From positions 588,340-652,339 of the forward strand of contig JBKBYA010000001.1 of assembly GCA_046313635.1 (NCBI GenBank): 64,000 nucleotides of DNA. Direction: 5' to 3'. How positions within the stretch are numbered: the stretch's first letter is position 1; each line of letters opens with the position of its first letter. This document shows, one piece after another, positions 53,011 through 63,159 of the stretch. The translations under genes and the position numbers were made by a program. Under the pieces are notes generated by a model that worked only from the letters and a program-made list of their open reading frames with translations, made no database searches and had not been told where the DNA came from. The DNA comes from Pyrinomonadaceae bacterium. Lineage in GTDB: Bacteria > Acidobacteriota > Blastocatellia > Pyrinomonadales > Pyrinomonadaceae.

Positions 53011-53086
53011 AAGATCTCCGTGTAAATAAGTTCAAAAAATATGCGGGTCAATAAAAGATTAGGATACTAAACTCGCCATCGAATTG

Positions 53087-53554
53087 TTAACTTAACCGCA
53101 CTCGCCTCACGCGCGAGCGCACGGCGGACGCGAGCGCGTCGGCGCCGACGACCGTCTCGGGCAGACGGACGCGGCGGCGACGGGCTGCGTCCTCGAGGTC
53201 GAGCCGGACGGCTCCGCTACGGCCGGCGGGCGCTTCATGCAGGGCAAGGTCGCTCCACTTTGCCGAGAATTTACGATATTCGATGCCGTGCTCGTACACC
53301 TTTACGACCGAGCGGCGGAGCGAGAACATCCCGAACATCGTCGCGAGATACACGATCAGGAACGCCGTCGCGAGCACGAAGTAGCCGATATTCTGCCGGA
53401 CGTAAAACCCGACTATCATCGCCAGAAAAAAGACAAAGGACAGCACGGCGACAAACGCCGCCCGCTGCACGTATGCCGGTGCGATCGGATGCACCGAGAG
53501 CAGCCGGCCCAGGTCGCCGCGAGACGTCTCGGCCGTCGTAGTTTGATGGGCCAC
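53087..53554 (-). CDS. hypothetical membrane protein (2 TM)
   Basis: Two TM helices then a PH-like beta segment; GTG start assumed. Confidence 0.6.
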   Translation of the reverse strand: MAHQTTTAETSRGDLGRLLSVHPIAPAYVQRAAFVAVLSFVFFLAMIVGFYVRQNIGYFVLATAFLIVYLATMFGMFSLRRSVVKVYEHGIEYRKFSAKWSDLALHEAPAGRSGAVRLDLEDAARRRRVRLPETVVGADALASAVRSRVRRVRLS

Positions 53555-53562
53555 AAAATTCG

Positions 53563-53838
53563 TCAGGAGTTTGCTCTCGACGGATCGATCAGTGCCCGCA
53601 CCTCGGAAATGCGGTTCGCCGGGAAGCCGCTCTCGCGGGCGTGCTCCTCGATCAGCTCGCGGCTGGGAGCAGTATAGACGCAGTAGATCTTGTCGTCGGT
53701 AACGTAGCTGTGGATCCACTGGATATCGGAGCCGAGCCGGTCGAGGACGCTGCAGGACTTTTGCGACGCGGCCTGAAGGTCGCCGGACGACATGCCGCCG
53801 GCGCCTGGAATGTCTCGTTCGATCACGAATTTTGGCAT
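53563..53838 (-). CDS. DUF4242 (SCO4226-like) protein
   Basis: MPKFVIER...WIHSYV..DKIYCVY.AP....EHA...GFPAN.ISEV. Confidence 0.88.
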   Translation of the reverse strand: MPKFVIERDIPGAGGMSSGDLQAASQKSCSVLDRLGSDIQWIHSYVTDDKIYCVYTAPSRELIEEHARESGFPANRISEVRALIDPSRANS

Positions 53839-54028
53839 CTCTAACCTCGTTATGTTTGGTGTTCGCGGGCCCGTCGGGCCTCTCGCGTCTGTTGTTTCGC
53901 GGGCTTTTAACGGATTATAGTAATCAAGACCCGTCCTTTAGGGAAGAATCGAGATCTTGATCCAAATGCACATCGAGGCAGCCGGGGGGCCCGCCGCCCG
54001 CGACGGTGCCTTTCCGCTTTCCGACACT

Positions 54029-56236
54029 ATGAAACGATCCATCCTCATTGCCTTATTGTTTGCCGCATTGTGCGCACAGGCTCTCGCTCAGCAAACGACC
54101 CGCACGCTGACGGCCGACGATTACGCCCGGGCCGAGAAGATGCTCGCCTATAACACCGCGCCGCTTATCGACCGCGCGGGCGTGCAGCCCAATTTTTTGC
54201 CCGACGGCCGCTTTTGGTATCGCGTGCTGACGCCGACGGGCTGGGAATATGTTTTGGTCGACCCGGCCAAGGGCACGCGCACGGCTGACGCCGACAGGTC
54301 TAAGCTCGGCATTCCCGAGACGACGGCCGCCGTACCGGCGGGCCGACGCGGCTCGGGCGGCAGCGAGGTCGTATCGCCCGACGGCAAAAAGGCTGTTTTC
54401 ATCCGCGACTGGAACCTCTGGCTGCGCGACATTGCCAGCGGAAAGGAGACGCGGCTGACGGTCGACGGCACGGAGAACTTCGGTTACGCGACCGACAACG
54501 CAGGCTGGCGCAAGAGCGATCGGCCGATCGTGCTGTGGTCGCCTGATTCGAAAAAGATCGCGACCTTTCAGCAGGACCAGCGCAACGTGCCCGATATGTA
54601 TCTCGTGACGACCAACGTCGGCGCGCCGCGGCTCGAAAAATGGAAGTATCCGCTGCCTGGCGAACCCATCATCACCATCCAGCGCGTCATCATCGAGCTC
54701 GAGACGCCGCGGGTCGTGCGTCTGCAGATGCCGCCCGACGCGCGGCGCGGTACGCTCTGCGACGATATCTCTTGCACGGGCAAATTTGACGACAACTACT
54801 GGAACGCCGATGCCTCGCAGCTCGCATTTGTCTCGACCTCGCGCGATCACAAAGAGGCGAGGCTTCGCATCGCCGACGCGGCGACGGGCGAGGTCCGCGA
54901 CGTCTACACCGAGACCGTCAAGACGCAGTACGAGTCGGGCCAGGGCGAAGTGAACTGGCGCTACCTGCCGGCGACGAACGAGTTCATCTGGTACTCGGAG
55001 CGTGACGACTGGGGCCACCTCTACCTCTACGATCTCAAGACCGGACAGCTCAAGAATCAGATCACCAAGGGCGAGTTTGTCGTCACACAGCTCGTCAGGG
55101 TGGACGAGAAGGATCGCGTTCTGTACTTCAACGCCAACGGCCGCGAGCGGGGCCGCGACCCGTACTTCAGCCACTTTTACAAGGTCAACTTTGACGGCTC
55201 GGGCCTTACGCTGCTGACGCCCGATGACGGCAATCATCAGGTGACGCTCTCGCAGGACGGCAGGTATTTCGTCGACACCTTCTCAAAACCGGACGTGCCG
55301 CCGACGACAGTTCTGCGCGACATGAACGGCAAACAGATACTCGTTCTCGAAAAGACCGACGTCTCGCGCCTCGCCGCCGCCGGATGGAAGCCGCCGACAC
55401 CCGTCACCGTCAAGTCGCGCGACGGCCGCTGGGACCTGTACGCGCTGATGTTCACTCCGACCAACCTCGACCCGAACAAAAAATATCCGGTCGTCAACTA
55501 CATCTATCCCGGCCCGCAGGGCGGCGGCGTCGGCAGCCGCTCGTTCGCGGCCTCGCGCAGCGATCACCAGGCGCTTGCCGAATTGGGATTCGTCGTCGTT
55601 GTGATCGACGGCACGTGCAATCCAGGCCGCTCAAAGTCCTTTCACGACGTCTGCTACGGCAATATGGCCGACAACACTCTCGAGGACCAGATCGCGGGCC
55701 TCAAGCAGCTCGCGCAAAAGTACCCGTATCTCGATCTCGACCGCGTCGGTGTCTGGGGCCACTCAGGCGGCGGCTTTGCGACGGCGGCGGCGATGTTTCG
55801 CTATCCCGAGTTTTACAAGGTCGGCATCTCCGAATCGGGCAATCACGACAACCGCAACTACGAGGACGACTGGGGCGAGCGCTATATCGGCCTGATCAGC
55901 GGCGACAATTACGAAAAGCAGGCCAATCAGAATTACGCGCAAAACCTCAAGGGCAAGCTCCTGCTCGTACACGGCGCGATGGACGACAACGTGCCGCCGT
56001 ACAACACGTATCTCGTCATCGACGCGCTCGTGAAGGCGAACAAGGATTTTGACCTGATGATCTTTCCCAACGCCCGGCACGGCTTTTCGGCGAACGCGGT
56101 GACAGGCCTCGACCTGAACGCCAATTACTACATGATGCGTCGCCGCTGGGATTACTTTGTCAAGCACCTGCTCGGCGCCGAACCGCCGAAGGAGTTCTTT
56201 CTCAAGCCGAAGAACGACCCGCGGACGGCGAGGTAG
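54029..56236 (+). CDS. S9B dipeptidyl-peptidase IV family protein
   Basis: DPP-IV N-terminal propeller; GHSGGG nucleophile; HGAMDDNV; HG. Confidence 0.95.
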   Translation: MKRSILIALLFAALCAQALAQQTTRTLTADDYARAEKMLAYNTAPLIDRAGVQPNFLPDGRFWYRVLTPTGWEYVLVDPAKGTRTADADRSKLGIPETTAAVPAGRRGSGGSEVVSPDGKKAVFIRDWNLWLRDIASGKETRLTVDGTENFGYATDNAGWRKSDRPIVLWSPDSKKIATFQQDQRNVPDMYLVTTNVGAPRLEKWKYPLPGEPIITIQRVIIELETPRVVRLQMPPDARRGTLCDDISCTGKFDDNYWNADASQLAFVSTSRDHKEARLRIADAATGEVRDVYTETVKTQYESGQGEVNWRYLPATNEFIWYSERDDWGHLYLYDLKTGQLKNQITKGEFVVTQLVRVDEKDRVLYFNANGRERGRDPYFSHFYKVNFDGSGLTLLTPDDGNHQVTLSQDGRYFVDTFSKPDVPPTTVLRDMNGKQILVLEKTDVSRLAAAGWKPPTPVTVKSRDGRWDLYALMFTPTNLDPNKKYPVVNYIYPGPQGGGVGSRSFAASRSDHQALAELGFVVVVIDGTCNPGRSKSFHDVCYGNMADNTLEDQIAGLKQLAQKYPYLDLDRVGVWGHSGGGFATAAAMFRYPEFYKVGISESGNHDNRNYEDDWGERYIGLISGDNYEKQANQNYAQNLKGKLLLVHGAMDDNVPPYNTYLVIDALVKANKDFDLMIFPNARHGFSANAVTGLDLNANYYMMRRRWDYFVKHLLGAEPPKEFFLKPKNDPRTAR

Positions 56237-56260
56237 CTGCTCGTGTTTAAAAAACGATCG

Positions 56261-56293
56261 GAGGCTGTCTGAAAAGACAGCCTCGTTTTATTT
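56261..56293 (+). terminator. intrinsic terminator
   Basis: GAGGCTGTCT-GAAA-AGACAGCCTC followed by GTTTTATTT. Confidence 0.8.
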
Positions 56294-56375
56294 GGTCAGT
56301 CGATCACTGTTTCTGATCTTGCCGAATTTGCCGCTTGCCTTTTTTCAGCAGCTTGTCACTGGTGACGATTCGTCG

Positions 56376-56415
56376 GCTTTTCCGCAAATAGACGGGCGGA
56401 GCCCGAAGAAGTTGA
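56376..56415. repeat. REP family B half-copy
   Basis: GCTTTTCCGCAAATAGACGGGCGGAGCCCGAAGAAGTTGA, near-identical to 44480-44519. Confidence 0.8.
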
Positions 56416-56466
56416 TCGTGCCGCCGGGCCGGGTGACCTGCACCGACTCCAGCGGGCGTGGCGATC

Positions 56467-56904
56467 TTAATCCCGAAGCTCCCTGGTCTCCTCCTCCGAC
56501 TCGTCAAACAAGACGCTGACCGGCGTGTGCGCAGGCGGGAGGTCGGCGGCGCGGGCGGCGAGGTCCTTCTGCAGCCGCTCGACGGCTTCTTTGCCGCGTT
56601 CAAAATCGTCGGCCGCCAGCTTGAGAGTGAGCTTGCCGTCCTTGTTTGGCAGCTCCGCAAGCTTTGCGAACGTGGTCGTGCGGATCTCGATCTTTGCGCC
56701 GCGCTTGAAAACACCTTTGCGAAACTTCACATCAAGCAGTTCCGCGACCGGCAGCCGAACTTCTTTCACGCCGCCCGGCAGTATGCCGAAGAGCTTTGAT
56801 TCGAACTCAAGCACGACGCCCGCCGAAGAGAATTTTGCGACGCCGTTGACGCTCGAGAGACCGCTCTCGGTCTTGAATGGAACGGTGATGAATCCGGAGT
56901 GCAT
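56467..56904 (-). CDS. hypothetical protein (PH-like fold possible)
   Basis: Intact ORF with typical codon usage, co-oriented with the upstream gene. Confidence 0.65.
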   Translation of the reverse strand: MHSGFITVPFKTESGLSSVNGVAKFSSAGVVLEFESKLFGILPGGVKEVRLPVAELLDVKFRKGVFKRGAKIEIRTTTFAKLAELPNKDGKLTLKLAADDFERGKEAVERLQKDLAARAADLPPAHTPVSVLFDESEEETRELRD

Positions 56905-56962
56905 AGGCGGCGGTCGATCTTCTCTCTCCCAGTACACGAGATTAACCGAAAGCCGGAGAATT

Positions 56963-57997
56963 TCAATCGAGCGTGATCGTACCGAAATAAGCTCGCACGA
57001 CCAGGCCCTGCGGACCGACGGCCCAGACGTTCTTCCTTTTGTCCGCCATCACGGCGTTGAGATCGAGTGTGTCGAATTGTTTCCAGCTTTTTCCGCGGTC
57101 GAAAGAGACGTCCGTCCCCGAGGTGCCGACGGCGATGATCGTGGACTCTCCGGCAAACGTGACCCCGGAGCGATAACCAGACAGGCCCGCGGCAGATATC
57201 CACGAACGACCGCCGTCTTTTGTTAACGCGATATTCGAGGTCGAATCGTTCGGGCGCTCGTAGCTGCCGCCGACCACGACGCCGTGCTTGAGATCGCCGC
57301 GCATCGCGATCGAGAATATTCCGCTGCCCGGCGTGCCTTTGACGATCGGCGTTTCGGCGACCGACCAGGTGACGCCGCGATCGTCCGAGCGAAACACGCG
57401 CGCGTCCGCGCCGCCCGAGACGAGAAAGGCCGTTCGCCTGCCCGCGGCGATCAGGCAAGTGCCGCTCGCCGCGAATGCGGCCTCGCCCTCTTTGGCGGCC
57501 GGCATTTTGTTCGACACGATCGGCTTCCACGACGCGCCGCCGTCGCTCGTCGCGATGATCGGATAATGTCCCTCGACCGGGTCCGACATCGCGATGCAGT
57601 TTGCGCGGTCCCAGCAGGCGATCGCGTCAAAGAACTTTTTCTCGTCCGTGTTTTGAAACTGCAGCTTCCACGTCCGCCCGCCGTCGATCGTCTTGTAAAT
57701 GCGCGAGCTGTCGCCGCTGCCGATCGAGAGGATGTAAGCGGTCTGCGCATCAAACGCCTCGATGTCGCGAAAGTCGAGCTTCTCCGCGCCCGGCACGGTC
57801 ATTACATTCCAAGTCTTCCCGCCGTCGACGGTTCGAATGACCGTGCCGCCCGTGCCGCTCGCCCAGACGACGCGCTCGCTGACGACCGACAGCCCGCGAA
57901 AGCCGGCCGTCGTTTCAACCGTGTGCCTGATCCACTGGCCCGCAGCCGACACGCAAAATACAAGTCCGATCGCGATTGTCGAAAATAGAAGCTTCAT
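56963..57997 (-). CDS. YCF48/BNR Asp-box beta-propeller secreted protein
   Basis: Repeated TxDGGxTW boxes; LDFRDI; AAFAASG. Confidence 0.88.
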   Translation of the reverse strand: MKLLFSTIAIGLVFCVSAAGQWIRHTVETTAGFRGLSVVSERVVWASGTGGTVIRTVDGGKTWNVMTVPGAEKLDFRDIEAFDAQTAYILSIGSGDSSRIYKTIDGGRTWKLQFQNTDEKKFFDAIACWDRANCIAMSDPVEGHYPIIATSDGGASWKPIVSNKMPAAKEGEAAFAASGTCLIAAGRRTAFLVSGGADARVFRSDDRGVTWSVAETPIVKGTPGSGIFSIAMRGDLKHGVVVGGSYERPNDSTSNIALTKDGGRSWISAAGLSGYRSGVTFAGESTIIAVGTSGTDVSFDRGKSWKQFDTLDLNAVMADKRKNVWAVGPQGLVVRAYFGTITLD

Positions 57998-58024
57998 AAG
58001 TTTGATAACGAGGCCGTGCACAGA

Positions 58025-58112
58025 ACCTCAGCGATCTCTGCGAAACCTCTCGGTACTCTGCGTTGAATCGTTCTCGGCGCATCTTCAACGGAGAGGTCGC
58101 AAAGAAAACAAG
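58025..58112. repeat. degenerate CTCTGCG-type 9-mer array
   Basis: ACCTCAGCG ATCTCTGCG AAACCTCTCGG TACTCTGCG ... CGGAGAGGT CGCAAAGAA. Confidence 0.5.
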
Positions 58113-58153
58113 CCTTTTCATTCGGGCACTCGGCTGGCCGTTTAAGCTAAAGC

Positions 58154-59104
58154 TCAGCCTTCGCGCCAGCGGCGGCAGAGGTCATGGGCTGCGGCCTTCC
58201 ACTCGGGAAACTCGAATTCGAAACCCGAATCCGTCAGCAGCTTTGGCACGACGCGTCGGCTCTTGAGGATCAGCTCGGTCTCGGTGCGCATCAGAAACGC
58301 GCCGATCGCGAGCTGCCATTCGAATGCGGGCAGCCCGAACGGCATGCCGTACGCCTCTCTCAGCACGCGCATGAATTCGCGGTTTGGCAAAGGGCGCGGC
58401 GACGCAAGATTGATCGGCCCCGAGAGCTCTTCATGCTCGATCAGCCAATAGACGGCGCGGATGAAATCGAGATCGTGGATCCACGAGATGAACTGCCTGC
58501 CGCTCGCGGCAGTGCCGCCGAGACCGACGCGGACGAGCGAGAGCAGAGTATCAAAGATGCCGCCGCGGTCCGGGCTCATGATCATCGCCGAACGCATCAG
58601 CACCTTGCGCGTGTGCGGCGTGTCGGCCTCGTTCGCCGCGCGTTCCCACGAGGTGGCGACGTCGATGCTGAACCGCCAAGTGTCCGGAGCGTCCGGCTCG
58701 CTGCCGCCGATGATGCCGGTCACGTCGTCGTTTGCGGCGTCGAATCGATGCGCGTAAATGGTCGCCGTGCTCGCCTGCAGCCAAACGCGCGGCGGCCGCT
58801 CGGCTCTCGCGATCGCCTCGCCCACGACGCGCGTCGAGTCGACACGCGAGTCCATCATCTCGCGGCGGTTCTTTTCGTTGTAGCGGCAATTGACGCTCCG
58901 GCCTGCAAGATTGATCACGACATCCGCACCGTCGATCTCCGCTGCCCATTCGCCGATCGACTTGCCGTCCCAAGCGACGACGCGCCACGGCTTCGAATTA
59001 TTGATTCCGCGGCTCAGTACGGCGACATCGTGTCCGTACGCCTGAAACGCCCTGGCCAAAACCCTGCCGACCTGCCCGCTGCCGCCCGGGATGACGATCT
59101 TCAT
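58154..59104 (-). CDS. TIGR01777/YfcH-like NAD-dependent epimerase
   Basis: GGSGQVG, VINLAG, SRVDST, SWIH, ILKSRRVVP. Confidence 0.9.
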   Translation of the reverse strand: MKIVIPGGSGQVGRVLARAFQAYGHDVAVLSRGINNSKPWRVVAWDGKSIGEWAAEIDGADVVINLAGRSVNCRYNEKNRREMMDSRVDSTRVVGEAIARAERPPRVWLQASTATIYAHRFDAANDDVTGIIGGSEPDAPDTWRFSIDVATSWERAANEADTPHTRKVLMRSAMIMSPDRGGIFDTLLSLVRVGLGGTAASGRQFISWIHDLDFIRAVYWLIEHEELSGPINLASPRPLPNREFMRVLREAYGMPFGLPAFEWQLAIGAFLMRTETELILKSRRVVPKLLTDSGFEFEFPEWKAAAHDLCRRWREG

Positions 59105-59119
59105 AAGGCAAAACTTCTC

Positions 59120-59193
59120 GGAATAACTGATAACTGAGAACTGAGAACTGAAAACTGGTTGTCAGTTTTTAGTTATCAGTTATCACTTATTCC
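59120..59193. repeat. inverted heptamer array
   Basis: ATAACTG ATAACTG AGAACTG AGAACTG AAAACTG ... CAGTTTT TAGTTAT CAGTTAT CACTTAT. Confidence 0.85.
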
Positions 59194-59206
59194 GGAGCGT
59201 GACAAC

Positions 59207-60442
59207 CTAGTACACCATTCGTGATTTGATCGTCCCCGGTACGTCGCGGAGAAGTTCAAAAGCTTGTTTCGAGATCTTTGATTCGACATCGAGTATCACG
59301 TAGCCGATCTCCGGATTTGTGTTCAGGTATTGTCCCGTGATGTTGATGCCGCGCGACGAGAGTCGAGAGTTGATCTCGCCGAGCACGCCGGGCTGGTTGC
59401 GGTGAATGTGCAGTATGCGGTGCGTGCCGGCCTGCGGCGGGAGCGAGACGGGCGGCACGGTGTGCGATCCCTCGCTGTTGCCGAGCTCGAGATATCTGAT
59501 GAGCTTTGAGGTGACGTCGAGCCCGATGTTGGACTGAGCCTCCTCGGTCGAGCCGCCTATGTGCGGTGTCAGGATCACGTTCGGCAGGTCCCGAAGACCG
59601 CAGTCGAAACGATCGCCCGTCTTTTCCGGCTCGTCCGGAAAGACGTCGACCGCCGCGCCCGCGAGGCGTCCGCTCTTCAGAGCCTTTTTGAGAGCGTCGA
59701 GATCGACGACGTCGCCGCGACTGTAGTTGAGAAAGATGCTGCCTTTTTTGAACGCCTTGAGAGTCTCGGCGTTGATCATATTGCGCGTCGTCGAGTTTGA
59801 AGGCACGTGCAGCGTGACGATGTCTGACTGCTTGAGCAGATCTTTCAGCTCGCGGACAGGCTTGGCGTTGCCGAGCGGCAGCTTGGTCGCGACGTCGTAG
59901 TAGACGACGCGCATTCCCATCGCCTCGGCGAGGCCCGAGACCTGCGAGCCGATATTGCCGTAGCCGACGATGCCGAGCGTCTTGCCGCGGAGCTCGTAAC
60001 TGCCCTTCGCCTCTTTGAGCCAGACGCCTCGATGCGCAGCGGCATTCTTGTCCGGGATGCGGCGGATCAGCATCACGCAGAGGCCGATGATCAGCTCGGC
60101 GACCGAACGTGTGTTCGCGTGCGGAGCGTTAAAGACGGCGACGCCCCGCTCGGTCGCCGCCTTGAGGTCGATCTGGTTGACGCCGATACAGAACGCGCCG
60201 ATCGCGAGCAGTTTGTCGGCGGCGTCGATGACGTTCTTTGTGATCTTTGTTTTCGAACGAATACCGACCAGATGGACGTCTCTGACGGCCTTGACCAATT
60301 CCGCCTCGCTGATCGCGCCGCCGAGCCGACGGATCTCGGCGTATCCGGCTTTTTCAAACTCGTCCACGGCCGTGTCCGAAATGTTCTCGAGGAGCAGGAT
60401 CTTGATCTTGTCTTTGGGAAAAGAGGTATGTTTCTTTGCCAT
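59207..60442 (-). CDS. serA: D-3-phosphoglycerate dehydrogenase
   Basis: GIRSKT, FCIGVNQ, GYGNIG, TPHIGGSTEEAQ, C-terminal ACT domain. Confidence 0.96.
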   Translation of the reverse strand: MAKKHTSFPKDKIKILLLENISDTAVDEFEKAGYAEIRRLGGAISEAELVKAVRDVHLVGIRSKTKITKNVIDAADKLLAIGAFCIGVNQIDLKAATERGVAVFNAPHANTRSVAELIIGLCVMLIRRIPDKNAAAHRGVWLKEAKGSYELRGKTLGIVGYGNIGSQVSGLAEAMGMRVVYYDVATKLPLGNAKPVRELKDLLKQSDIVTLHVPSNSTTRNMINAETLKAFKKGSIFLNYSRGDVVDLDALKKALKSGRLAGAAVDVFPDEPEKTGDRFDCGLRDLPNVILTPHIGGSTEEAQSNIGLDVTSKLIRYLELGNSEGSHTVPPVSLPPQAGTHRILHIHRNQPGVLGEINSRLSSRGINITGQYLNTNPEIGYVILDVESKISKQAFELLRDVPGTIKSRMVY

Positions 60443-60528
60443 AAATAAAGCCTCGACAGGCGAGGCTTAAAAGGTACGAATTACGCCGAAAGCGTTGTCT
60501 GCCGCCTGACGGCGTAACTCTTGCAGAT

Positions 60529-61938
60529 TTAGATATGGATGGTCAAATCGTGCACGCCCTCGGCGGCTTCCATTACCGATTCGCTGACGGTCGGGTGAGC
60601 GTGCATGATGCGGCCCAGCTCGTCGGCGGTGGTTTCCAGCGCCATCGCGACGCAGGCCTCGGCGAGCAGCTCGGTCGCGTGCGGGCCGATGATGTGAACG
60701 CCGAGGACCTCGTCGTATTTCTTTTCGGCGACGATCTTGACGAAGCCGTCCGTCTCGCCGAGGATGCGTGCCTTGCCCGAGGCCGAGAAGGGGAATTTGC
60801 CGACCTTCACGTCGTAGCCCATCTCTTTGGCCTTGGCCTCGGTCAGACCGACGCTCGCCACCTCTGGATCGCAGTAGGTGCAGTTCGGGACGAGGCGATG
60901 ATCGATCGGCTCGACCTTTTTACCCGCGATCTTTTCGACGACCATTATCCCTTCTTTCGACGCGACGTGCGCGAGCCAGGCGGTGTCGATGACGTCGCCG
61001 ATGGCGTAGATGCCGGGCTCGTCCGTTTCGCAAAACTCGTTGACCTTGATCGTGCCGCGCGGGTTTGTGACGACCTTTGTGTTCTCTAGGCCGAGGTTTT
61101 CGAGGTACGGCATTCGGCCGACGGCGACGAGCAGCATTTCAGCCTCGAAGCTCACGTCCTCGCCCTTGGCGTTCTTGCCCGAGACCTTTACGCCTTTTTT
61201 GTTCTTTTCGAGCTTGTCGAGCTTGATGCCGGTCTCGGTCTTGATGCCCTGCTTTTTGAATGAACGGGCGAGTTCTTTGGACACGTCGGCGTCCTCGATC
61301 GGGACGATGCGGTCCATCAGCTCGACGACCGTCACCTCCGCGCCAAAGCGTGCATAGACGCTCGCAAATTCGACGCCGACCGCCCCCGAGCCCATCACGA
61401 TAAGCGACTTGGGCACGCTCTGCAGCTCGAGGATGTGATCGGAATTGACGACCTGCTTGCCGTCGGTCTCAAAGCCCGGGATCGGCCGCACGACCGAGCC
61501 GGTGGCGATGATGATGTTCTTTGATTCGATCGTCTCTTTTTTGCCGCCGTCGAGCGTGACCTCGACCTTGCCCTTGCCGAGTATCTTGCCAAAGCCGTTG
61601 TAGACCGCGACCTTGTGCTTTTTCATCAGGTATGTGACGCCGGCGGCGTTCTTGTCGACGACCGACGACTTGTACTTTTGCACGGCCGGGAAATCGTAGC
61701 TCAGGCCCTCGGCCTTGAGACCGAACTTCTCGAATTCGCCCGCCTTCTGATACAGGTGCGCGGCGTTTAGCAAAGCCTTGGTCGGAATGCAGCCTCGCAG
61801 GCCGCACGTGCCGCCGAGCTTTGCGTCCTTTTCTTTTTCGACGATCGCGACCTTTAATCCAAGCTGCCCGGCCCTTACCGCCGCGACATATCCGCCCGGT
61901 CCCGACCCAATAATTGTTACGTCAAATTGTTCCGCCAC
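60529..61938 (-). CDS. lpdA: dihydrolipoamide dehydrogenase
   Basis: GSGPGGY, GGTCGLRGCIP, HAHPTVSE. Confidence 0.97.
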   Translation of the reverse strand: MAEQFDVTIIGSGPGGYVAAVRAGQLGLKVAIVEKEKDAKLGGTCGLRGCIPTKALLNAAHLYQKAGEFEKFGLKAEGLSYDFPAVQKYKSSVVDKNAAGVTYLMKKHKVAVYNGFGKILGKGKVEVTLDGGKKETIESKNIIIATGSVVRPIPGFETDGKQVVNSDHILELQSVPKSLIVMGSGAVGVEFASVYARFGAEVTVVELMDRIVPIEDADVSKELARSFKKQGIKTETGIKLDKLEKNKKGVKVSGKNAKGEDVSFEAEMLLVAVGRMPYLENLGLENTKVVTNPRGTIKVNEFCETDEPGIYAIGDVIDTAWLAHVASKEGIMVVEKIAGKKVEPIDHRLVPNCTYCDPEVASVGLTEAKAKEMGYDVKVGKFPFSASGKARILGETDGFVKIVAEKKYDEVLGVHIIGPHATELLAEACVAMALETTADELGRIMHAHPTVSESVMEAAEGVHDLTIHI

Positions 61939-62116
61939 AAGTGTTAACCTCGTTTGAATCAGCTAATATAGATCGAAAAAGATAGTATAAGGGGTAGCAA
62001 ACCGACACGCTAGGAGGCCGCCCGTTTTCTTCAGTGAATAGATAAAAGTGACAAGTCGAAAGTCTGCCGGCCACTTGAAGCTTCCACCTATCCACTGAAA
62101 ACCGAAGGACACTGCT

Positions 62117-62476
62117 ATGAAGCATTCAGCTGAGTTTGAGGCGATCGTGGAGGACGCGAAAAGCCGGATCAATGAGGTCTCGGTCAAAGATGCGCTGGGA
62201 CGAATGAAGCACGGTGCGGAGTTGATCGACGTGCGCGAGGACAGCGAGTGGGCTGCCGGCCATGCCGCCGGAGCGCGGCATATGGGCCGGGGCATTATCG
62301 AGCGAGATATCGTGCAGACGTTTCCCGATAAATCGACCGAGCTGATCCTGTACTGCGGCGGCGGGTTTCGTTCGGCTCTTGCGGCAGACATGCTGCAGCG
62401 GATGGGATATACGAACGTCCATTCGATGGCCGGCGGCTGGAAGGCCTGGAAAGACGCGGGAGCTCCGATCGAATGA
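62117..62476 (+). CDS. single-domain rhodanese/sulfurtransferase
   Basis: LIDVREDSEW..GH, LYCGGGFRS, MAGGW. Confidence 0.92.
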   Translation: MKHSAEFEAIVEDAKSRINEVSVKDALGRMKHGAELIDVREDSEWAAGHAAGARHMGRGIIERDIVQTFPDKSTELILYCGGGFRSALAADMLQRMGYTNVHSMAGGWKAWKDAGAPIE

Positions 62477-63159
62477 CGACGCCGGTCAACGAAGACAAAG
62501 ACGCAAAACGTGCCCGTGCCCGCGAGCTCGCGGCACAGTTTGCCGAGTCGGGAGACACGCTCGGCTGGTTTGAAGCGCTCTACCGCGAGGCCGAGGGCAA
62601 CAACGAGCTGATACCTTGGGCCGACCTCGAGCCGAACAAGTATTTCAAAGCGTGGGCCGAGGAGCGCGGGCTTAGCGGCGACGGCCGCCGAGCGCTCGTC
62701 GTCGGCTGCGGATTGGGCGACGACGCGCTCTACCTGCACGAGCTCGGTTTTGATGTGACAGCATTCGACATCTCGCCCACCGCGATCGAATGGGCGCGGC
62801 GAATGCACGCCGACAGGCCGATCCGTTTCGAGGTCGCGGATCTGTTTGAGCCGTTTACCGATTGGATCGGCTCGTTTGATTTCGTGCTAGAGATCTACAC
62901 CATCCAGCCTTTGCCGATCGAGATGCGTTCGGATGTGATCGATGCGATCGCGAGTTTTGTGGCCCCGGCGGGTGAGCTGGTCGTCGTCGCTCGTGCACGA
63001 GACGACGACGAGCAGCCCGATAAGCTGCCGTGGCCGCTCTCGCGCCGCGAGCTGGCACGATTTGGCGAGAACGGGTTGGTCGAGACCGAATTTGTCGAGG
63101 TGCCCGACGATGGCGACGGCCGGCGCTTCGTCGTCGCGTACAAGCGGGCCGCGGGGTGA
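62473..63159 (+). CDS. class I SAM methyltransferase (TPMT/thiol methyltransferase-like)
   Basis: IPWAD, ALVVGCGLGDDA, AFDISPTAI, PWPLS; start overlaps the rhodanese stop. Confidence 0.88.
   Translation: MTTPVNEDKDAKRARARELAAQFAESGDTLGWFEALYREAEGNNELIPWADLEPNKYFKAWAEERGLSGDGRRALVVGCGLGDDALYLHELGFDVTAFDISPTAIEWARRMHADRPIRFEVADLFEPFTDWIGSFDFVLEIYTIQPLPIEMRSDVIDAIASFVAPAGELVVVARARDDDEQPDKLPWPLSRRELARFGENGLVETEFVEVPDDGDGRRFVVAYKRAAG

Noticed and set aside
56261..56284. AGGCTGTCTGAA resembles Neisseriaceae DNA uptake sequences (also reversed near 44610)
   Set aside because: Only two copies noticed in 64 kb, both in terminator stems; far too rare for an uptake sequence.
48465..59193. Short repeat arrays as CRISPR
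   Set aside because: Units are 7-9 nt with no unique spacers, and there are no cas genes.
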